Below the pieces are notes generated by a model, which was not told where the DNA came from, ran no database searches, and saw nothing but the letters and a program-made list of their open reading frames with translations. From assembly GCF_001194135.2 (NCBI RefSeq), contig NC_068987.1, forward strand, positions 52,391,407-52,424,061: a DNA stretch of 32,655 nt. Reading direction: 5' to 3'. Shown in pieces: positions 11,588 through 24,199 of the stretch. A program made the translations under genes and the position numbers. How positions within the stretch are numbered: the first letter of the stretch is position 1; the number at the start of each line of letters is the position of its first letter. This DNA comes from Octopus bimaculoides. Lineage: Eukaryota.

Positions 11588-11830
11588 GTCACCATTTATC
11601 AGATACTGGTCAATCGTTCTTATTTCACTCCTTATACTAATTAGTCGTCTAACACCATTCTTTCTTTTCATATACTACCTGTTTGCGTTTGCAGTTAACA
11701 CATAATACTATCTTTTGCGATCCCTCCAAGAATGGTAATCCGGGGATCATTCTCAACTCATTTTTAGTTCCTTTATTGGTCATTTCAAGTGCTGCCACAA
11801 TCATTAGTATTGCAACCGTCTTGAGATAGT
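11588..11830 (-). mobile_element. R4/Dong-like LINE pieces: endonuclease C-terminal tail joined to a post-RT piece
   Basis: KTVAILMIVAALEMTNKGTKNELRMIPGLPFLEGSQKIVL resembles the VPVIVGALG...IPG.PSL.EIQK tail; IRSEIRTIDQYLINGDEE resembles the post-RT region. Confidence 0.65.
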
Positions 11831-12594
11831 TGCTTTGCTCCAAATACCGTCGTCATCTTCCCACCGTTCTCTTTTGATTTTGTGTTCCGCTTGGGTAGTG
11901 ACATTAGTATAGGGGCCTTCCCGTTCAGAGGTAACTTTTCCGCCGGTCGCCATCTGTTGTTATGTGCGATTTTTGTTTCGGTATCTTAAGCGCCTCAAGC
12001 CTATACATAACAATTAGCCTCTATCTGTTTTCAAAGTTTTATTTCCGAGCATATCTGTTTTTTGTTACCTATTTAACATGAGACGTGTAACATTCTAAGT
12101 TTATTGTTATTATTACGTATCTTTTAATTTGTTTAAACAATGTATGCTCTACGCTTTCATGTTTATGTACGAGGTGTACGGGTGCATGTATGAATTATAT
12201 AAACGTTACATTTACGTGTATTTGTGTAGAGATGAGATTGCATGTACGATTATTATTTTTACTTACTGTGCTTTACTGTAGCGGCATCGCATACTCGCGT
12301 ATTGCTTCAACTCATGTATAGGCAAAACTCGTCACCACAAGTTGCTTGTACAATCACACGCTTGTTTTTCTGCCACTACATGCCTGATAGAACCTATATT
12401 TCATATATGAGAGAAATATTTCGGTATCCTGATCTAATTTACAATAGGGACCAATTTTCTTTCATATCTTTGGAGTTTCATAAATCCTATTTGCTGTTGA
12501 TCACAGATTTAATCCAACTTCGCAAGGAGCTCGCTGGTACACGTCCGTCATGTTTGTTATTCGCTGCGGAATCCATTTTTATAAAATAAAGAAA

Positions 12595-12595
<1 letters not shown>

Positions 12596-12644
<49 letters not shown>

Positions 12645-12646
12645 GC

Positions 12647-12703
<57 letters not shown>
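12596..12703. repeat. Compound (ATT)n-(AGT)n microsatellite
   Basis: Direct reading; explains the poly-L/poly-I ORF 12487..12723. Confidence 0.95.
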
Positions 12704-13339
12704 TTTTGTAGTGGAATATACATGCATTGAAATTATGTGAGCTCGCAGAATTTTGAAATGTCATAGCGGTATTTGTTTCCGTTCTTTGCGTTTACATTCT
12801 ACCGAGGTTCATTTCCATCATTTGAGGTCGACGTAATACATCATGTAATAAAATCTTTGACCTTGTGTCAAAAAATTCCTGAGAATGTGCCAAAATATAA
12901 AACCAATATGCATGCAGGCATTCATAAATACATACATACATATCCAATACTCCAAATGTGAATTTGTGTTAACTACATCCCAAAGATGGAGCCTGGTATC
13001 TGTCGGAAACCTGCTCCCTCTTAAATCACCTCTTTCATAATAATGCTCTTGCAATAACCCTACAACTCTCTTTTTCTCACGGGATAACATTATCTTTTTT
13101 CTAAGTATACATTGTCAATGTTTCTTTTGCGTTTCTGTTTATTTATTTTTGCATATATATATATTTGCTAAATACATAAGTATTTACTCTCTCCTCTTAA
13201 GATTTTGTGTGATATCCCATGCATACTCACGGCTACATTCTGTAATAACTTCTAACATTGAAATAAGCAATCATGCGAGCTGCCTTATTAATGGTTTAGT
13301 ACACATAAGCGTATTTGTTGTCTCTGAGCACAATTAACA

Positions 13340-13636
13340 TTATGCCCTATACATTTTTTCTTTCACTTTGTCAACAGAAGGGCTATGATCAATGCCTTTA
13401 CTATACGTCCTATCCAATCTTGTGGAAATGGAGAAGAGACACATCAAAAAAGATGCTATCACAGTAGGAAACAATGCATGAATACATTGAGTAATCCTCA
13501 GGCTATAATCCTGGACATGCAATATTGGGGAATATGCTGAAGAGACCAATGTATTAAAAACACAAACCAATGTACTAGCAAATAAGACCGCCATTAAGAG
13601 GTTATCCGATATGCAACATATAATTGATATATACGC
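13340..13636 (-). CDS. Candidate terminal exon (phase 0, 98 codons plus stop) of a multi-pass membrane protein
   Basis: The frame opens exactly after acceptor TTTAATCTTTAG, whose TAG is the upstream in-frame stop. It reads AYISIICCISDNLLMAVLFASTLVCVFNTLVSSAYSPILHVQDYSLRITQCIHALFPTVIASFLMCLFSISTRLDRTY...MYRA*. An AATAAA lies about 190 nt downstream, near 13145. Confidence 0.45.
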   Translation of the reverse strand, partial: AYISIICCISDNLLMAVLFASTLVCVFNTLVSSAYSPILHVQDYSLRITQCIHALFPTVIASFLMCLFSISTRLDRTYSKGIDHSPSVDKVKEKMYRA

Positions 13637-13769
13637 CTAAAGATTAAACCATTTAAAATGACGTCTAATATTGTCTGCGATAGTATATGTCTGAAATCAA
13701 AAGACAAATTTCAATTCTGGAACGTCTCCGATGCAATGCTGTCAGCTAAATATATTCCTTTATGAGAGA

Positions 13770-13960
13770 AGGCCGCAAGTTAGCAGAACTGTTACTATCT
13801 TTCTGCTTTACGTTCTTAGTTTAAATTTCACCAAAGTTGACTTTACCTTTCAGCCTTTAGTAGTGAATAAAATAATGTACCAGTTGAGCAAGGGGTTCTA
13901 TGTAATCGAGACTTCCCCATCCCTTATAATTTCATACCTTTTGCCTGTAGAAGGAAATAT
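13770..13960 (+). mobile_element. Decayed tRNA-derived SINE, family 2
   Basis: Colinear with 29948-30163 (TTTACGTTCT.AGTT.AAATT..GTTGACTTT.CCTTTCA.CCTTT..AATAA.GTACCAGTT). Confidence 0.7.
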
Positions 13961-14447
13961 ATTTTTTCATCAGAATGGAAAGTATTTCCCTCGAATAACG
14001 TGCACTTTGTATAATTAGAGGTTTGTATTATTAGAGGTCGCTTTATTTCTTAGAAATAAAAGATGGTATAACTCCACGTTAATGTTACAGGAGCGGAAAT
14101 CAAATTTTGTGAATCAAATCTTCAGATGTGATTTTTAGATTCTTTAAAACTTTGTATGAAATATATTCCAAAAAACATTCCAATAATGCCGATAACTTGA
14201 AAATATTTTGGAGTTTTTTTTGCTATCATACAGTCACTTATAAAGAAATATTTGTGTTGGTAGAGTTGTGTATATGTTTGGATATACGCGGGCGCGTATA
14301 CGTATGTGTGCATATAAATGCATTTATACAAGTAGATGTAAAATATACATCTTTCTACTGACATCGAATGAAAGCTTAAGATAGTATGAAATTATAACAT
14401 AATCACTATAATTCACCTCGTTCAAAATTTCTCTTATCGAATTTTTC

Positions 14448-14450
<3 letters not shown>

Positions 14451-14505
<55 letters not shown>

Positions 14506-14540
14506 CACACAACACACACACACACAAACACCCAGACACA
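14451..14540. repeat. (CA)n microsatellite
   Basis: Direct reading. Confidence 0.95.
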
Positions 14541-14702
14541 CATGATACATATACATATATACACACATATACACACATATGTATAAATGTTTGTGTGTGT
14601 GTGTATGTCTCACTACTTAGTTGAAGAGAGACACAACACTACATCAATATTTACTTTCCGTATTAATGTAGGTCATAGAATCAAACATTTGCTCTTCCAT
14701 AG

Positions 14703-14790
14703 CCGTAAGTGTTCGAAATCTATCCTGGGATAATCATGAAATTATGGAAGACTCGTTAATCATACCCTGCTACTATAGTTTACTTCGTAG
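14703..14790 (+). CDS. Weak candidate exon (88 nt, phase 1-2)
   Basis: Acceptor TTTGCTCTTCCATAG, donor AG/GTAATG; the only open frame is VSVRNLSWDNHEIMEDSLIIPCYYSLLR. Confidence 0.2.
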
Positions 14791-15694
14791 GTAATGATTT
14801 ATACTTATTGCTAGTAATTACTACTACTTGAATGTATTGGTCACACTATTCAAAACTCAACACCCAAGAGAGCTATAATACTCGAAAACTATATATAACC
14901 TTTTGTCTTGAAAAAAAAAAAGCAGCGAATAGAAACTTATGTAGGGAAATAAATACGTATCAACATGTTCATAAATCTAGTACGTTTGTTTGCAATAAAT
15001 GTGATAGAAAAACTATGAACAGCCTATCTCTAACACCATTTTCGAAAACGGTATTGTAATTCAATGTACCTGAATGCATATTAACCATAATAAAATGAAT
15101 ATAATCCCCATAAAACAACATACAACACGATGATACATTGTTTTCACGTATTTATTATCCATTATGATTATAATAGATTTCCTCCGAGGGTGTTCAAGTC
15201 CATTTAAATGGCACTCAAGACAGTTTTATAATGCACGCCCGTCAAATTAATGTAGAATAAAAGATTTTGTATTGTAAACATGTTTGAGAAATACTTCCTT
15301 TTCAGTGATAAATTCGTTTTGAAACGTAGAGCTTTGGGGGCGAACAACAGGAGGAAGCAATATTCATTATTGCCATCATTACCGTCACACCATCATAATC
15401 TCAAGGGAGCACCAAACGGATATTATCTTGATTTTAAGAGAGAAGAAAATTAAAATGATAAAAAGTGTACGAATACAACATGAAATGCCCGCGCGTGTTA
15501 ATGATTAAAGTATACATACATACATACATACATACATACATACATACATACANNNNNNNNNNNNNNNNNNNNNNNNNNNNNNNNNNNNNNNNNNNNNNNN
15601 NNNNNNNNNNNNNNNNNNNNNNNNNNNNNNNNNNNNNNNNNNNNNNNNNNNNNNNNNNNNNNNNNNNNNNNNNNNNNNNNNNNNNNNNNNNNNN

Positions 15695-15730
<36 letters not shown>

Positions 15731-16479
15731 CATGTGAGTGTGTGAGTGTAGGTACACGTATGACTATACACACACACACACCACACACATATATACATGT
15801 ATAAATGGACACAGATAAATGTCATCTATATATGCATGTACAACCATCCATTGATCTATCTATATTTATAGTTATGTCTGTGTATGTGTGTGTGTGCGTG
15901 TGTGTGTGAGTAAGTAAATGTGTGTGTGTGTGTGTGTGTGTGTGTGGATATGTATGTATAATCCCCGTTGAAAACGTAGAAAGTGCGATACAATTTTAAG
16001 AAACCATTTTATCGTTTCGTGTCCTCTATACGTGGAGTGTACATATTACACTATATATTATTTACGCAATGTATTACACAGATACAGGATTATACGTACC
16101 ACACACATCACTTACACACTCACACACATGTATATGTATATCAAATGACAAGCCTGTATACATGTATTACCTGCCGGCATATACCTCTAAAATTATACGA
16201 GTGTCCAAGTGCAGACGTCAAACCGTAACTTTCCAGGCGATACCAACGTGTCTGGTTTGAAATCTTCACTTACTATATGAGTAGTTTCAGATGGAGATAC
16301 AGAGACTCATGTTGTCTACACAGATTTCAATCGTTAGCGTAACAAGTACTTTACCAAATGCATAGATCAATCCTTCAGTTTAAATTCAAATTGTTTTTAT
16401 ATCCAAGATAGCATAGTAGAAAAAATTGATACTCGTGCGCGTGTGCCTGTGTAGTTGTATGTTGATGTATGTATGCATA

Positions 16480-17625
16480 TATAAATTTGTAAGAGTGTTC
16501 TGTAACATTTCAAGGTAAGAAACGATTACTTCTTTAATATATTTAATGAAGATGATATTTACCATCATTGTTGATAACATAATTCTGTCTTTTTGCAAGT
16601 TGTTGATATCCCGTTTGTAAGATGATTCACGTTTCGAAACAAAGGAACACTCGTTATCACCTTTACGTCTTCACAATTAATAATCTATTTACTCTCTGAA
16701 TAATGTTACAATAATCTAAAGAGACGATAGACGATGGATCAAGATCGGGAGAGGAAAGATAATGTAAATAAACTTACATACTTTGTTCCGTATTCGTTTC
16801 CTGAGTTACTTACTCGATACGTAAGTACAACATACTTCTACGATTAACATATGATAGCCGCTATTTCAACTCATTTTTATGCAATGAGGCTACAATAATT
16901 ACCTATATCAACTGTTTCGCTTTGGCAAAACACGTCATGATAGACGACACTCTTCATATTTCACCAAACACAAAGCATAACATTTTTTCCAGGGTATTCG
17001 AGATTTGGTGATGGATTCTTGTTTTTCATTTCGTACATAGAAACCACTTTACATCACTTGAAATGTAAAGGAGCATATCTACATTTCAATAATGAGCAAA
17101 ATCTGCGTTTAATCTGAGAAACACTTAGAGATTAAGGGACCATGCGAGAAATATAGAACATTTTTTCCATATCATGACCATGTTTTATGATTAAGTGACT
17201 TGAACTGAAATTGTTTGCTAATTCTTCTGCAGTTTGCTTGTCATTTCCCTGAATTCCGGTTTTCAAAGGTTCAATATTCGTTGAACTTGGTCGTCCAGAT
17301 AGAGGGAGCGGGGGTCAGTGCAAAAAAACAAAACAAAAAAAAACTCTGAGTGAAATTTGCCAACCATTGTTAGCACTTCAGGTCACGTAAAGCTTCATTT
17401 CCATAGACAGATCAAATATTTATGGCCGCTTTCATTGCTTAAGAACACCTGCTGAATTCATACATCATGCAGTATCTGATACGAGCGTGATCTAAGCTCA
17501 TTTTGAAACGCTAAAATCGATACGAATTTAACCACTGTTTCTTCAGGCATTCAGCAAAATTTGAAAAAGTGCTCTCGAAGTGATCATGTCAAAAAAGCGA
17601 CAGGACTTCTTTCTTCCCAACATAT
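16480..17625 (-). mobile_element. Near-full-length decayed mariner transposon (Tc1/mariner)
   Basis: Colinear transposase remnants from ATG 17501: RIRYCMMYEF...VYGNEAL...QWLANF, DVKWFL (cf. DEKW), MLCVW*NMKSVVYH, ETVDIGNYC, SPDLDPS, and C-terminal VINNDGKY near 16560. Possible TIR remnants near 17583-17615 and 16483-16512. Confidence 0.9.
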
Positions 17626-17760
17626 CTCATATAACTTGATTTATACACAGGCAAGTGACTCAATACTGCTTTTACTGCGTATGTGCGGCTAACTAAAAGC
17701 ATCCTAGCAGTAGTCTTATTATTGTATCTTAGAATTTCAAACATATTTAATATTACTTGA

Positions 17761-18070
17761 AGGTGCGATACTTAGAGTTTAGAGTATTCGAATCACAATC
17801 ATAAGGTCGAGAATTCAATTCCTGTAAGTCTTCAGCAAGACACTCTACTTCACGTGGCTCCAGTCTGCTGAGCTGGTAAACCTGAGTTGTACAATGTAAT
17901 TCAAAGATCAAGCCTTTTCTCATTCTTTGTCAAGCTGAATCTCCCAAAGACTACGTTAAAATTATGCATGTGAGTGGAATGCCAATCCACTTGCACTTAA
18001 ATTTCACAAGCCGTTTGTTCTGTTCAACGGATCAACTGGATCACACGTCTTCGTAACCGACAGGGTGCCA
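17761..18070 (+). mobile_element. Decayed tRNA-derived CORE-like SINE, family 1
   Basis: Colinear with the reverse complement of 22270-22560; B-box-like GAATTCAATTCC and CAGCAAGACACT core. Confidence 0.8.
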
Positions 18071-19081
18071 GTTATGATGCTACTTGAAATTTGTGTGTAC
18101 AAAATCATGAAGGACCATGTTAACAAATGTTATACAATAAAATGCCAATAAAATATCATATAATGTCAAAGAAAGTCATAAAATGTCAATAAACGTCAAT
18201 AAAATGTCTTTAGTTTCTATGTTAGAGAAGTGATAGGTTTTAAACTGATCCGTCCTTATAGAAAATGATATTTTCAATTAAAAATACTTTTTCTCCGAAC
18301 ATTTCATAGTTCCAATCAGTTAAATTTTGTTTGTCTCAAATTTATACAAACCTATCCAATGTCATATAATTCTGTGCGCAATTAGTTCAAATTTTATCCA
18401 CCAAAGACATGTCCAAGATATCCTTCTTCTATATGTTCGCCGCTGCATGCTGATGGCATTAGCTCTCAATTGGATGAAATTATCACTTTACCCTCACTAA
18501 ATAACTTTCATATAGCATAAAAAGTCTAATGTATATAAGTTGCTATAAGAAGGTGGATGAACATTAGCTTTTCTGGAATTTATATATGGATAAGTCTCAA
18601 GTTGATATTAAAATAAATGAGTTAACAGAATGATCTCGTCAGTTTCTCCGGAAAGAAAACCCAACGGCCTCCTAATAAAATAAACAAATAACTCATACCA
18701 AATATCTCAAACGTGTAAGAATGAAAACTAAACAGATTTCGTAAAAAGCAATGTTTTGCAGAAAGATTCCATGTAAATTAATTATGAACTGCAATGTCTG
18801 TATCCAAGCATAAGACATGAAGCAGTTTTACAGACTGATATTCGAAAAGATATCCTTAGCAAAAAATACATTTCTACAGCTCTCTTACAATTTAACTTCA
18901 TTATATATATATTCTACCTTCCTGACAGAAACATGATGCAGCAAATATATGTTCATGATGCAGAATAATATAGGTGAAAATCCTCTCTCATAATGTAAAT
19001 GCATATATATTTGTATGTGTAGATACATATATATACATATATATATATGTTTCCATGTGTGTATCGTGTACTTGTACTGAC

Positions 19082-19132
<51 letters not shown>

Positions 19133-20264
19133 CNNNNNNNNNNNNNNNNNNNNNNNNNNNNNNNNNNNNNNNNNNNNNNNNNNNNNNNNNNNNNNNNNNN
19201 NNNNNNNNNNNNNNNNNNNNNNNNNNNNNNNNNNNNNNNNNNNNNNNNNNNNNNNNNNNNNNNNNNNNNNNNNNNNNNNNNNNNNNNNNNNNNNNNNNNN
19301 NNNNNNNNNNNNNNNNNNNNNNNNNNNNNNNNNNNNNNNNNNNTATATATATGCACATATATAAAGATATATATATATGAATATATAAAAAAATGCTATA
19401 TATTTCTAAAAACGCGCATATATTGCACACACACACACACACTCACATATATATGTGTGTGTGTGTGTGTGCATGTTCCTCTAATTGCTTCTGTATATGA
19501 TTGTACGTGTATGTATATGTGCACACCGTGTGTGTCTATGTATGCTTGTGTGTGAGAGTGTGTGTGTATGTGTGGGCCTGCCTGTGTACGTATGCATACA
19601 TGCAGAGGCATATAACCATATCGGATTCTTTTGCATTATTGACTTCTAAACTTCCCACATCAGTCCGCATATAAATTCCCATGCGAATACACTTCGCTGA
19701 TCATAAGTAGAGATAATAAATGTGCACATTCTTAATGCATATGTCTTGGCAAAGCGTCGTTTCTTTTTTTTTTTACCGTTTCATTAGTTTTTATATTATA
19801 TCTATAGATCAACCTCAGTAAACAACGAGTGCTGCTTGCAACATCAATCTCATTATGCAATTGTTATTAGAATTTGGGAGTGCCATTTTACTAATTAAAA
19901 CACGCGTAATAATTCCTGATTACATATGGTTACTTTTATTATCATTTCCCTAATGTTGTTATCTGGTTGCCTAATTAACTAATCAATAGTTGGAGTAATT
20001 TTTTCATGTCATTCAGTGCCATCTTTTGAAATCTGTTGTTACTGCCTGTGACATCATCAAAGTAGATACGAAACAATATGTCTGTCTGTTATATATTTAT
20101 ATATGAGATCCAGGCATCGGCGTGTAGGATGAAACTTAGCTTCAAGCTATTCGTAGTAAATATTAAAAAAAAACAAATTTCCGAGAGAAAAGTGGTTTAT
20201 TGTGAAGGAAGGTTGTGGAATTGCTTCATATCGAAGTAGGATAAACTGAAAATAGTTTTTAATG

Positions 20265-20395
20265 AAGATAATCCTCGCCTGAAAAGTAGCCTGCGGTATG
20301 CAACTCGCTTGGATATTTACCACTTCTCATGTTCCGCTCGCTATAAAACATGTGTAGCCCGGATCTTACCTACTCCATTCCTTTACTCTTGTATA
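20265..20395 (-). repeat. Second copy of the ~130-bp unclassified repeat
   Basis: Reverse complement aligns with 8140-8270. Confidence 0.75.
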
Positions 20396-20403
20396 TATGT
20401 ATA

Positions 20404-20447
<44 letters not shown>

Positions 20448-20576
20448 NNNNNNNNNNNNNNNNNNNNNNNNNNNNNNNNNNNNNNNNNNNNNNNNNNNNN
20501 NNNNNNNNNNNNNNNNNNNNNNNNNNNNNNNNNNNNTGTGTGTGTGTGTGTGTGTGTGTATGTGTGTGTGTCTCTA

Positions 20577-20607
<31 letters not shown>

Positions 20608-20779
20608 GCATAATATATATAGTTGAAAATATTGCGAAAACATATATAAAAAGCGGAAAAGAAATTCGTTCGGTTCATATAGTTTAATATCTTTTTATCA
20701 ATATATACATATTATATGGATGTCGGGAAATCCATCCGCTATCTAAATTAGCTTTTCAACAGACATTGTACCGTAATCA

Positions 20780-21916
20780 ATTCTCGTGACGAAGGGGTCT
20801 CGTCATTTTGGATGTTTGAAAAATAAGGATGAGTCTAGAGAGTGAACCAAAGGAGGCAAACTGTGGAAAGGGAGACAACTGACTCTTTAGTATAATTTTT
20901 GAGATGGTGACATTTGTATATTGAGGTGTGGTCTCTACTATTGTATGAACAGGTTTTCCTTTTTTAGGCGTTCTTGTACTGAGATTGAATCTTTGCATTG
21001 GTATAATGGGAAGATATGAAAATTCAGCGCTATATTACTTTTCGCTTCTGTCGATATGTCCGCTCAGTGCTATCTGCCTGTATTGAGGGAAACAAATCAC
21101 TTCTTTATGCAGCCTGACTCTGCGTCTCACAGTGGGACTCGTTTGGCTCACATAATTGTGACCACAACCTGAGCAGGTTAGGAAATAGATAAGGTTCTGG
21201 GAAGTACATGTGAAGTTGGTCTTAATTGAGAATTTTTGACCTTGCTGGAATGTGAATTGCGAGCCTTCAGTTATGTATGGGGATGAACCACAATTAGGTG
21301 TCTGTATTTTTTAACTGTTGGTATCGTTTGTATTGTGTATACTTTTGCATTTGTTACGAGTCTCTTGAATGATTTGTCTTGGATTATGCATTTTAGTACT
21401 TTGTGTGTATTTAAGGATGCTGTTCTTTTTCGGGACTTGGGTTAGCAGAGGGAGATTTTGTATAATTGTGTTGTATGCTTCATTGTTTCTGGGGTTGTGG
21501 TTTGATATGCATTGGAATGATTTAAGTTGAGGTGTGGTATTTCGTTTTGTTGTACTTAGTGTGTTTATGTCCAATTTCTTGGCATGTTTAATTCCATGTT
21601 CTATAAGTGTAGGTGGGTATTGGCGTTCAATGAGTGTTATTTTGAGTTTTTGTAGCCGCAGTTCCCGAGTGGTTGTGTCCAATACAATTGTACACATCCT
21701 TTTTTGTTAGATTGAATGGGATATTTATTTTGGTGTTTGATGGCATGAACTGAAAAGGAGTTACTGTTTTGAGTCTGTTGGTTTGTAGTAAATGTCAGTT
21801 GCAATTTGGTTGTTCGAATTTTCAAAAATCAAAATGTCCAGAAATGGGAGTTGTTCCTTGCTATATTCCATTGTAAATGAAATGTTGCGGTTTATATTGT
21901 TCAGTGTGGATTTGAT
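20780..21916 (-). mobile_element. Penelope-like element 3' part: RT thumb, Cys-rich linker and GIY-YIG endonuclease
   Basis: LNNINRNISFTMEYSKEQLPFLDILI...TDIYYKPTDSKQ, then CTIVLDTTTRELRLQKLK...QYP, then CTSQNLIYFLTCSGCGHNYVSQT...R..LH (GIY-YIG); frameshifts and stops. Confidence 0.9.
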
Positions 21917-22222
21917 TCATTCCACCACTCACTACCTTTCCTCATTCCAACCAACCGCGTACCACATACCTCAGAGGCGCTTCTCTAAAGCCTCCCCGTA
22001 TTCCCCTGCATCTCCTACCTCCCGTTTCTTAACTTGTTCATATTCTACTCTCAGTTTCTCTGCGTACTCCTGCTCCTTCTCTCTCCTATTCAGGACACTC
22101 ACCTTCACAACGTCTCTCCTGCCTGTCACTCGTATAGCATTCCATTTTGAGCATAACTTCAGCTTACCCTGCCACAGTTTACCCTGTCCTCGGGTAGGAA
22201 TGAAGACATCAGGAGCAATTAT
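21917..22222 (-). mobile_element. RTE-like LINE fragment, endonuclease-RT linker
   Basis: REKEQEYAEKLRVEYEQVKKREVGD and, after a frameshift, GMRKGSEWWN (WW motif preceding RT). Confidence 0.65.
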
Positions 22223-22269
22223 TTAAGGGATAGGGATATATGTGACAATATTTACAACCATACCTTAGG

Positions 22270-22560
22270 AGCAGCACTCCGTCGGTTACGACGACGAGGG
22301 TCCCAGCTGATACGATCAACAGAACAGCTTGCTGGGGAAACTAACGTGCAAGTGACTGAGGAATCCACAGACACGGGTACCTCTAACGTAGTTCTCAGGG
22401 AGATTCAGCGTGACACAGAGTGTGACAAAGCCGGCCCTTTGAAATACAGGTACTACTCATTTTTGACAGCTGAGTGGACTAGAGCAACGTGAAACAAAGT
22501 GTCTTGCTGAAGGACACAACGCGTCGCCGGGAATGCCCTAACCACTAAGCCACGTGCTAT
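22270..22560 (-). mobile_element. tRNA-derived CORE-like SINE, family 1, with a deletion in the head
   Basis: Reverse complement starts GCACGTGGCTTAGTGGTTAGGG (A-box-like), then TTGTGTCCTTCAGCAAGACACTT (CORE-like), and ends CGTCGTCGTAACCGACGGAGTGC. Confidence 0.85.
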
Positions 22561-23040
22561 GAACTGTCGTACCTTGCCATGAGCTCTCAACTCCCTCTTG
22601 ACCTTTATTCAGAACAGTCACAGTATTCTAGTCTTAGATTTAGTAGTTAATAAAGAGATAATTGAATTAGAAATGAATTACAATCGTTTACAGCTACGAC
22701 CCCAACGGGCTTCATACGATTCTTGGGAATGTATAATAGCGACAACATGAATTTCTTCCATCTTCTTACTCTGTTAAAGTATTTGAGAAGAATTGTATTA
22801 ATGAGTCCGACTGGTGAAAATTCTGTTTATTTATTTGTGCAGCTGAAGATGGCATTGATTTGAAATTGATGTAATGATTGCGTTGTTCAATTAAGTAGAG
22901 CCGCTAGAAACAGACGTATTGCATCACTAATTTATATCCTGCTGCTCATTTTGATCTTTTTCACATTACTTCGTGCAGTGCTGATAATACCGAACTAACT
23001 TGGCACTTCAATTTAAGTACCTAATTCAACTGAATCTGAA

Positions 23041-23077
<37 letters not shown>

Positions 23078-23720
23078 TGTATGTATACACATAGTCACAG
23101 ACGCACACAGACACACACACGCACAAACACACACACGCACACACATAACTAGCGNNNNNNNNNNNNNNNNNNNNNNNNNNNNNNNNNNNNNNNNNNNNNN
23201 NNNNNNNNNNNNNNNNNNNNNNNNNNNNNNNNNNNNNNNNNNNNNNNNNNNNNNNNNNNNNNNNNNNNNNNNNNNNNNNNNNNNNNNNNNNNNNNNNNNN
23301 NNNNNNNNNNNNNNNNNNNNNNNNNNNNNNNNNNNNNNNNNNNNNNNNNNNNNNNNNNNNNNNNNNNNNNNNNNNNNNNNNNNNNNNNNNNNNNNNNNNN
23401 NNNNNNNNNNNNNNNNNNNNNNNNNNNNNNNNNNNNNNNNNNNNNNNNNNNNNNNNNNNNNNNNNNNNNNNNNNNNNNNNNNNNNNNNNNNNNNNNNNNN
23501 NNNNNNNNNNNNNNNNNNNNNNNNNNNNNNNNNNNNNNNNNNNNNNNNNNNNNNNNNNNNNNNNNNNNNNNNNNNNNNNNNNNNNNNNNNNNNNNNNNNN
23601 NNNNNNNNNNNNNNNNNNNNNNNNNNNNNNNNNNNNNNNNNNNNNNNNNNNNNNNNNNNNNNNNNNNNNNNNNNNNNNNNNNNNNNNNNNNNNNNNNNNN
23701 NNNNNNNNNNNNNNNNNNNN

Positions 23721-23753
<33 letters not shown>

Positions 23754-24199
23754 ATATTTAGTATATCCATACCCAACTTCCTTGCCACATCCTTCTATCT
23801 TTTCCCGTAATTGCTTTGCAATAAGCATCCCTTCTCCAGCCTTATCTTGCTCTTCAGATAATATCTGAAGTAGTACAGCAAACCAGGGCCAGAGATAAAG
23901 GTTCCCGTCATGGCTCCTTTCATTCTCGTTTTTACAACACATATATCAATTTCTAGTGATCTAAGGTTGTCTAGGATACAAGTTTGTTTCCATTTCGACC
24001 CATTTCAACATTTATCCACCCTAACTTAGAAATTCGTTCTTACATTGTGATTTGGGGGAGGGCTGCAGGAATTCAGCTTCCCCCCACATCTTCCTTCTAA
24101 CTTGGTGTAGCCACTGGACTCACAATGAAGCTTCTGCCAGCCAACTCTGTGCTTACGTATTTTATATCTTCTTTATACCTTTGTGTTAGTTTATTGAAG

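Noticed and set aside
12975-13050. Plus-frame HPKDGAWYLSETCSLL resembling a caspase p10 motif, and minus ORF 12818..13090
   Set aside because: There is an in-frame stop just upstream, no good acceptor and no other caspase motif; the minus ORF has weak splice sites and no recognisable family.
13380-13470. Plus-strand QSCGNGEETHQKRC resembling a thrombospondin repeat after a strong acceptor
   Set aside because: It lacks the WxxW/CS motif, has a weak donor and overlaps the longer minus-strand candidate.
13731-14018. 95-aa plus ORF
   Set aside because: It lies mostly over a decayed SINE.
16170-16250. Minus-strand phase 0-0 exon candidate TRWYRLESYGLTSALGHSYNFRGICRQ
   Set aside because: The acceptor is poor and it would split helix 2 of the proposed 4-TM product; there is no independent support.
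18240-18540. Possible second decayed DNA transposon (FHPIE-like motif on the minus strand)
   Set aside because: A single short motif with many stops and no colinear support.
20787-20805. TGACGA/TCGTCA hairpin at the PLE 3' end as a hammerhead
   Set aside because: A 6-bp stem only; no GAAA in the right position.
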